From assembly GCA_963798915.1 (NCBI GenBank), contig CAWCVB010000006.1, forward strand, positions 436,307-500,306: a stretch of DNA of 64,000 nt, in the 5' to 3' direction. Source of the stretch: an uncultured Gemmatimonadales bacterium. GTDB lineage: Bacteria; Gemmatimonadota; Gemmatimonadetes; Gemmatimonadales; GWC2-71-9. Below, in pieces: positions 59,329 to 64,000 of the stretch (within the stretch, counting starts at the first letter, position 1; every line of letters begins with the position of its first letter). The notes under the pieces were generated by a model. That model made no database searches and was not told the origin of the DNA. It was given only the letters and a program-made list of their open reading frames with translations. A program made the position numbers and the translations under genes.

Positions 59329-60119
59329 TCAGCTGCGCCGGAAGGTATCGTTGAGGGTGATCGTCACCGAGCTGCCGGCGGGCAGCACGACGTCTCGGTC
59401 CTTTGTTTCTACGGCACGCTGGGTGCCGACCGCGCCGCCGATCACTCCACCAATCACCGCACCCTTGCCACTGCCACCGAGCACCCGACCCACGACCGCA
59501 CCTGCAGCGGCACCGGCACCCACCTTGGCTGCGTCGTTGGCGTCAACGGAGCGGCTTTGCAGATGAGTCTCGAGCCCCGAGACCCCGCCGGTCAGGTCAT
59601 AATCGGTGCCATTGATCGACACGCTGGTGGCCGCAAGGCTCAGGGTGCCGGTATTGTCGCTCTTGCTGTCGGAAGGCTTGATGGCACTGATCCGCAACGT
59701 CACCACCGAGCCCGCCGGGATGACCACCCGGCCTGACCCGTCCTTGACGTCATTGGCCACCTTGGCGGTCACAGTCTCACCGACCTTCTGGGTCCGCGAA
59801 GTGATCTCGGAGGTTGTGCTTGCGCCGAACGACTCACCCGCCGCGAGCGTACGAGTGGTGGCGGGTTTCACGGCCGCCGGTGCCGACGCGGTCGGCTGGG
59901 CCTGGGCTTCGGAGTCGCCGGCTGGGTCGCACTCGTGCTCGGATTGGCCGGTGCGACGGCAGTATCTGCCGACTGGTCGTTGAGGGCCGCCGTGGTATCC
60001 ACGGGTGCCATCTGCAAGTCCCGGTTCAGGCTGTCGGCAACGGCCGAGTCATCGCGGTCTCCACCGGAGCACGCCGCGATGGTGGCCGCCCCGATCAATG
60101 CCAGCAGTGTTCGTGTCAT
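59329..60119 (-). CDS. Lipoprotein with a glycine-zipper region; frameshift near 59903
   Basis: SD GGAGG, IAAC lipobox, Pro/Ala linker, then in the next frame VIPAGS...GAGAAAGAVVG...GAVIGGVIGGAVG...LPAGS. Confidence 0.75.
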
Positions 60120-60180
60120 TCATTCCTCCTGACGTAGTTGGCTTGCCTGACTGGATCATTTCTTTGACATTGCGGGCACC

Positions 60181-61932
60181 ATGCGCGCCCTCCAAACCCT
60201 GATTCCCTATCTCCGCCCCTATCGAGCGATGTACGCCTGGGGCCTGCTGCTGGTGGTGCTGTCCAATGGTTTCAGCACCCTGGGTACCCACTTCCTCCAG
60301 CGCGGCATTGACGTACTGGGCCAGGGCGGCGCCTTCCGTAATGTACAATCAGCCGCCCTCCTGCTGCTGGCCGTCGCCGTCCTGGGCGGCGTTGCGCGGT
60401 TCGGCATGCGCCAGCTCCTTAATAGCAGCAGCCGCCGCGTCGAGTTCGACCTGCGGAATCGCCTCTATGGCTATTTACAGGGTCAATCAGCGGAATTCTA
60501 TGACCGGTACCCGACCGGCGATGTGATGGCGCGCACAACGAACGACCTGCTGGCAGTGCGCATGGTGGCCGGTCCGGCCCTGATGTACCTGGTCGATACG
60601 GTCATCCGAAGCCTGATCGTCATTCCGGTCATGGTGCACATCAGTGCACTCCTCAGCCTGCTCGCCCTCATTCCCCTCGCGGCGCTGCCCCTCGTCATGA
60701 CCCGGTTCGGGCGCGCAATCCACCGCCGAAGCGAGGCGATCCAGGCACAGTTCTCCACCTTGACCAGCTTCACGCACGAGCACCTCTCGGGTGTGCGGAT
60801 CGTTCGCGCCTACCGGCAGGAAGCGGCCGAGGAGCGGCAGTTTCGCCGGCTGAATGAGGAATACACGGACCGAAATCTCTCGCTGGCGCGCATTCAGGGC
60901 ATGTTCCATCCCCTGCTGGCCATGCTGGGTGGGCTCGGCATGGTGGCGGTCCTTTATGCCGGGGGCCAGCTGGTCATCGCGGGCAGCGTTTCGGTCGGGC
61001 AATTCGTCGCGTTCGGTGTCTACCTCGCGATGCTCATCTGGCCGATGATCGCCTTGGGATGGGTGGTCAACCTGGTGCAGCGTGGAGCCGCCTCGATGGG
61101 CCGCATCAACGCCATCTTCAGCGAGCCGGTCGCGGTCACATCTCCGCGCTCCCCGCTCGCCCTGCCCCCGGCCACGGGCGGGCGACGCGTCGCATTCGAA
61201 GGCGTGTGGTTCCGGTATCCCTCCGCAGCGGCACGCGGGTGGGTCCTCGAGGATGTCTCATTCGAGATCGCGGCCGGCGGCTCGCTGGCGATCGTCGGCG
61301 CCACCGGCGCCGGGAAGTCCACCCTGGCGGAGCTCCTGGTCCGGATCTACGACCCGGAGCGCGGCCGCATCACACTGGACGGCATGGATATCAGGGCGCT
61401 ATCCCTCGGCGAACTGCGACGCAACGTCGGGTTCGTGCCCCAGGAAACCTTGTTGTTCAGCACCACGATCAGGGAAAACGTCCTGCTGGGCGCTCCCGAT
61501 GATGGACGCCTGGAGATCGCCGCCGAAACATCTCAGCTGGCCGAGGCGCTGCCCCAGCTGCCGGATGGCTATGACACCATGCTGGGAGAACGAGGGGTGA
61601 ATCTCTCGGGCGGGCAAAAGCAGCGGGCGGCAATCGCTCGGGCGCTGGCGCAGCAGCCGCCGGTCTTCGTCCTCGATGATGCCTTGAGTGCCGTCGACGC
61701 CCATACGGAGGCACGAATTCTGGCTGGCCTGCGAGGCGCGCTCGAGCGCCGCACCAGCATCGTGATCTCGCACCGGCTGGCGGCCGTTCGGGATGCCGAT
61801 CACATTCTGGTGCTGGATGCGGGGCGTGTGGTCGAGCAGGGTCGGCACACCGTCCTCATGGAACTGGGAGGCCGCTACTGGGAACTGCTTCGCCGCCAGG
61901 AGCTTGAGGAAGAGCTCGAGGAGGCGGTGTGA
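60181..61932 (+). CDS. ABC exporter with fused permease and ATPase (MsbA/MdlA-like)
   Basis: TM domain, GATGAGKS, VPQE, LSGGQKQR, LDDALSAVD, SHR. Confidence 0.94.
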   Translation: MRALQTLIPYLRPYRAMYAWGLLLVVLSNGFSTLGTHFLQRGIDVLGQGGAFRNVQSAALLLLAVAVLGGVARFGMRQLLNSSSRRVEFDLRNRLYGYLQGQSAEFYDRYPTGDVMARTTNDLLAVRMVAGPALMYLVDTVIRSLIVIPVMVHISALLSLLALIPLAALPLVMTRFGRAIHRRSEAIQAQFSTLTSFTHEHLSGVRIVRAYRQEAAEERQFRRLNEEYTDRNLSLARIQGMFHPLLAMLGGLGMVAVLYAGGQLVIAGSVSVGQFVAFGVYLAMLIWPMIALGWVVNLVQRGAASMGRINAIFSEPVAVTSPRSPLALPPATGGRRVAFEGVWFRYPSAAARGWVLEDVSFEIAAGGSLAIVGATGAGKSTLAELLVRIYDPERGRITLDGMDIRALSLGELRRNVGFVPQETLLFSTTIRENVLLGAPDDGRLEIAAETSQLAEALPQLPDGYDTMLGERGVNLSGGQKQRAAIARALAQQPPVFVLDDALSAVDAHTEARILAGLRGALERRTSIVISHRLAAVRDADHILVLDAGRVVEQGRHTVLMELGGRYWELLRRQELEEELEEAV

Positions 61933-62027
61933 GGTAGCAGACCAGGTGTCCGTCGGCCGGAGCGGCCTCGGGGTTTCCACGCCGCTGCCTTGTGCAGGGC
62001 AGCAGCGTCGCGAGGCGTCCAGCTCGC

Positions 62028-62768
62028 CTACAGCCGCTCCCGCAGGAAGCCAGGCGTCAGTCCCTGCAGCCACCCCGCCAGCCGGGTGAATTCGCCCGAG
62101 ACCATGAGCACGCCCACAACGATCAAAAGGATGCCGCTGATGAGCTTGACGGTGCCCAGATGCCGGCGAAATCCCTTGAACCATCCAAGGAACCAGTCCA
62201 GCGCAAACGCGGCCAGCAAGAACGGCAAGGCGAGACCGAGAGAGTAGGCTGCCAGCAGGGTCATTCCCCGCCCGAAATCGGCCTGGGAAGCTGAAAGGGT
62301 CAGAATGCCGCCCAGGATCAACCCGATGCACGGCACCCAGCCGGCCGCGAAGGCCATCCCGACCAGCACTGACCCGATGTAGCCAACCGGCTTCTCCGCC
62401 AGGTAGACCCGCTGCTCCCGCTCCAGGAACGGAATCTTGATGACCCCCATGGTCAGGAGCCCGAATGCGATGATCGATTCCACCTACCCGGGCAATCAAG
62501 TCCTTCTGATTGCGCAGCGCCAGCCCGAACGCTGATGCACTCGCGCGGAGTGCGAAATATATCAGGGTGAACCCAAGCACAAAGAGCAACGCGTGGGTGA
62601 CGGCAATCCAGCGCCGGTTGGCGGCCTCCGGCACCGGGATGCCGGTGAGGAATCCGATATACGAAGGAACCAGCGGCAGCACGCCCGGCGAGAGGAAGCT
62701 GAGTAGCCCCCCGTGAAAGCCACCAGGATGCCCAATCCAACGCTATCCGTCGTTACGCCCAACCTCAC
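62028..62768 (-). CDS. ccdA: Cytochrome c biogenesis CcdA/DsbD-TM family protein; frameshifts near 62710 and 62480
   Basis: Three frames join to AFTGGLLSFLSP.VLPLVPSY...FVLGF...AAGWVPCIG...YSLGLALPF. Confidence 0.85.
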
Positions 62769-63224
62769 AGGTCGCGCCGAAGGCACTCTCGGCAGGTTTC
62801 CACGATTTCCACCCTGTGCCGCTGGTGCTGGAAACCGTGTTCGTCGGCAACAATACCCAACAGCCGCGTGAGCTGATCGTTGGTGAATTCGATGACCTGG
62901 CCGCACCGGTCGCAGATCAGGTGGCCATGCTGGTCCGCTGCGGCCGCCGGCTCGAAGCGGCGGGATGCCTCGCCAAAGCGGTGCGACCGCACGAAACCTG
63001 AGCGCTCGAGCAGGTGCAACGTCCGGTAGATGGTGGCTGTTCCCGCCTCGCCTCCCTGTTCCACCAACTGCTCCCGCAGATGCTCGACGCTCAGGTGTTC
63101 CGTCGAAGCCAGACAACTCGGCGATCAGCTCCCGCTGTCGCGTCACCGGCAGCCGATGTTCGCCCAGCCAGACGCGAAATGCCTGCAGCAGCCGCTGGCG
63201 CTCATTCTCCGACAGCTGGCTCAT
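62765..63224 (-). CDS. Fur family transcriptional regulator; frameshift near 63112
   Basis: VTRQRELI, HLSVE, ATIYRTL, HGHLICDRCG, CREC. Confidence 0.88.
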
Positions 63225-63588
63225 CTGCCACCGCAAACCATTGGGCCGGATCAACCTCGCTGGGCGGTTCGTCGTCGTCGGAGCGCCGGTGGGCTTCCTC
63301 CAGCAGCTTGGGGAGCTGCTCGACGGGCCCGCTGCCCACCTGCCGCACGTCGGCTTCGAACCGTCCCCGTTCCTTGCCCTTCACCAGCAGCATGTCGCGC
63401 GCGGTGTAGATCGTCCGCCGCTCCGCGCCCAGTCCCTCCGCACGGGCAATGACCGCCGTGCCAAACTCGCGGTGTCCTTGCCGGGTCACCGGAAAGCACC
63501 AGATTCGATCGATTTCGCTTGCGGGCACATTGGCAGCAACCACCTGCGCCAGGCGTTCCCAACCCGACGGTGGCGTAGCGGCATTCAT
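63202..63588 (-). CDS. Hypothetical protein
   Basis: ATGA overlap with the upstream gene; protein-like sequence IDRIWCFP...REFGTAV...IYTAR. Confidence 0.7.
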   Translation of the reverse strand: MNAATPPSGWERLAQVVAANVPASEIDRIWCFPVTRQGHREFGTAVIARAEGLGAERRTIYTARDMLLVKGKERGRFEADVRQVGSGPVEQLPKLLEEAHRRSDDDEPPSEVDPAQWFAVADEPAVGE

Positions 63589-64000
63589 GCCGCGGGCCCC
63601 GGCGCACGCTCCACGTAGAACCGAAGCACGGTCATGAAGTCCTGGGCGTTGGTGACCACGCCGTAGGCCTGATGGGTGCCACGATCCTTGAGCTTGTTGA
63701 CCACGAACTCGGTCTGGTCTACGCAGATCGTCGTGAGCGGGGCCGGCGCGCCACGCGCCGTGTGGAAGGCCGGAAGCATGTTCCCGACCGCGATCGCATG
63801 CAGCGCCGTCGCAATGAAGATCGCACCCGTCGCACGCACCGTATGTTCCCGCATCGGCATCCTGCGCCGCCCAGCGCGTCCGTAATCACGCCCGGAAGCG
63901 GTCCGTCATCACGAATCGAACCGCTGAGCACGTAGGGAATCCCGATCGTGACGAGGGCGTGCATGATTCCGCTCGACACCAGCCCGTTCGCGATTGAAGC
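63585..64000 (-). CDS. TIGR00300 / LOR-SDH bifunctional-enzyme conserved region (ornithine cyclodeaminase-like), C-terminal part with indels at about 63857-63872
   Basis: YVLSGSIRDDGPLP, ATALHAIAVGNMLP, VDQTEFVVNKLKDRG; the 5' end is outside the window. Confidence 0.8.

Noticed and set aside
59329..60119. Type IV secretion (VirB10-like) locus
   Set aside because: It is a single lipoprotein with a glycine zipper and no other secretion genes nearby.
1..64000. Prophage, IS element, integron, defence island, tRNA or rRNA
   Set aside because: I recognised no integrase, transposase, phage or defence ORFs and no tRNA or rRNA motifs; the content is mostly core genes.

Overview
This is a GC-rich, gene-dense bacterial chromosomal segment with about 55 CDS and one SRP RNA. 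Gene content and order suggest Gemmatimonadota, which is an inference. I saw no rRNA, tRNA, CRISPR array, prophage or transposase. Main blocks in order: (1) a TolC-MacA-ATPase exporter with four MacB-type permeases; (2) bshB1, cysteine desulfurase, mnmA and an S9 peptidase; (3) a minus-strand run ffs-dnaX-ybaB-recR-orf-mglB-mglA-pgsA-cinA-grpE-dnaJ; (4) pyk-MBL hydrolase-pgi-fba; (5) a deacetylase-GT2 fusion behind a sigma54-like promoter, followed by an AT-richer gap with DnaA-box-like 9-mers; (6) ispG-tlpA-peroxiredoxin; (7) class II ribonucleotide reductase; (8) a roughly 15 kb envelope region with a Ser/Thr kinase-PEGA-TonB_C fusion, a GWxTD protein, an amidase, PP2C, ampG, nagZ, anmK, murQ and a divergent lipoprotein GGT; (9) an ABC exporter, ccdA, fur and a TIGR00300-like gene. 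At least seven genes carry 1-2 nt indels, most likely long-read assembly errors, so single-residue oddities need read-level checking. The best leads are the peptidoglycan-recycling plus signalling region with a variant GGT, a family of 7-8 nt tandem-repeat fold-back spacers (one copy possibly in frame inside dnaX), an SRP RNA lacking the GNRA tetraloop, and the DnaA-box cluster. All calls were made by eye without database searches.
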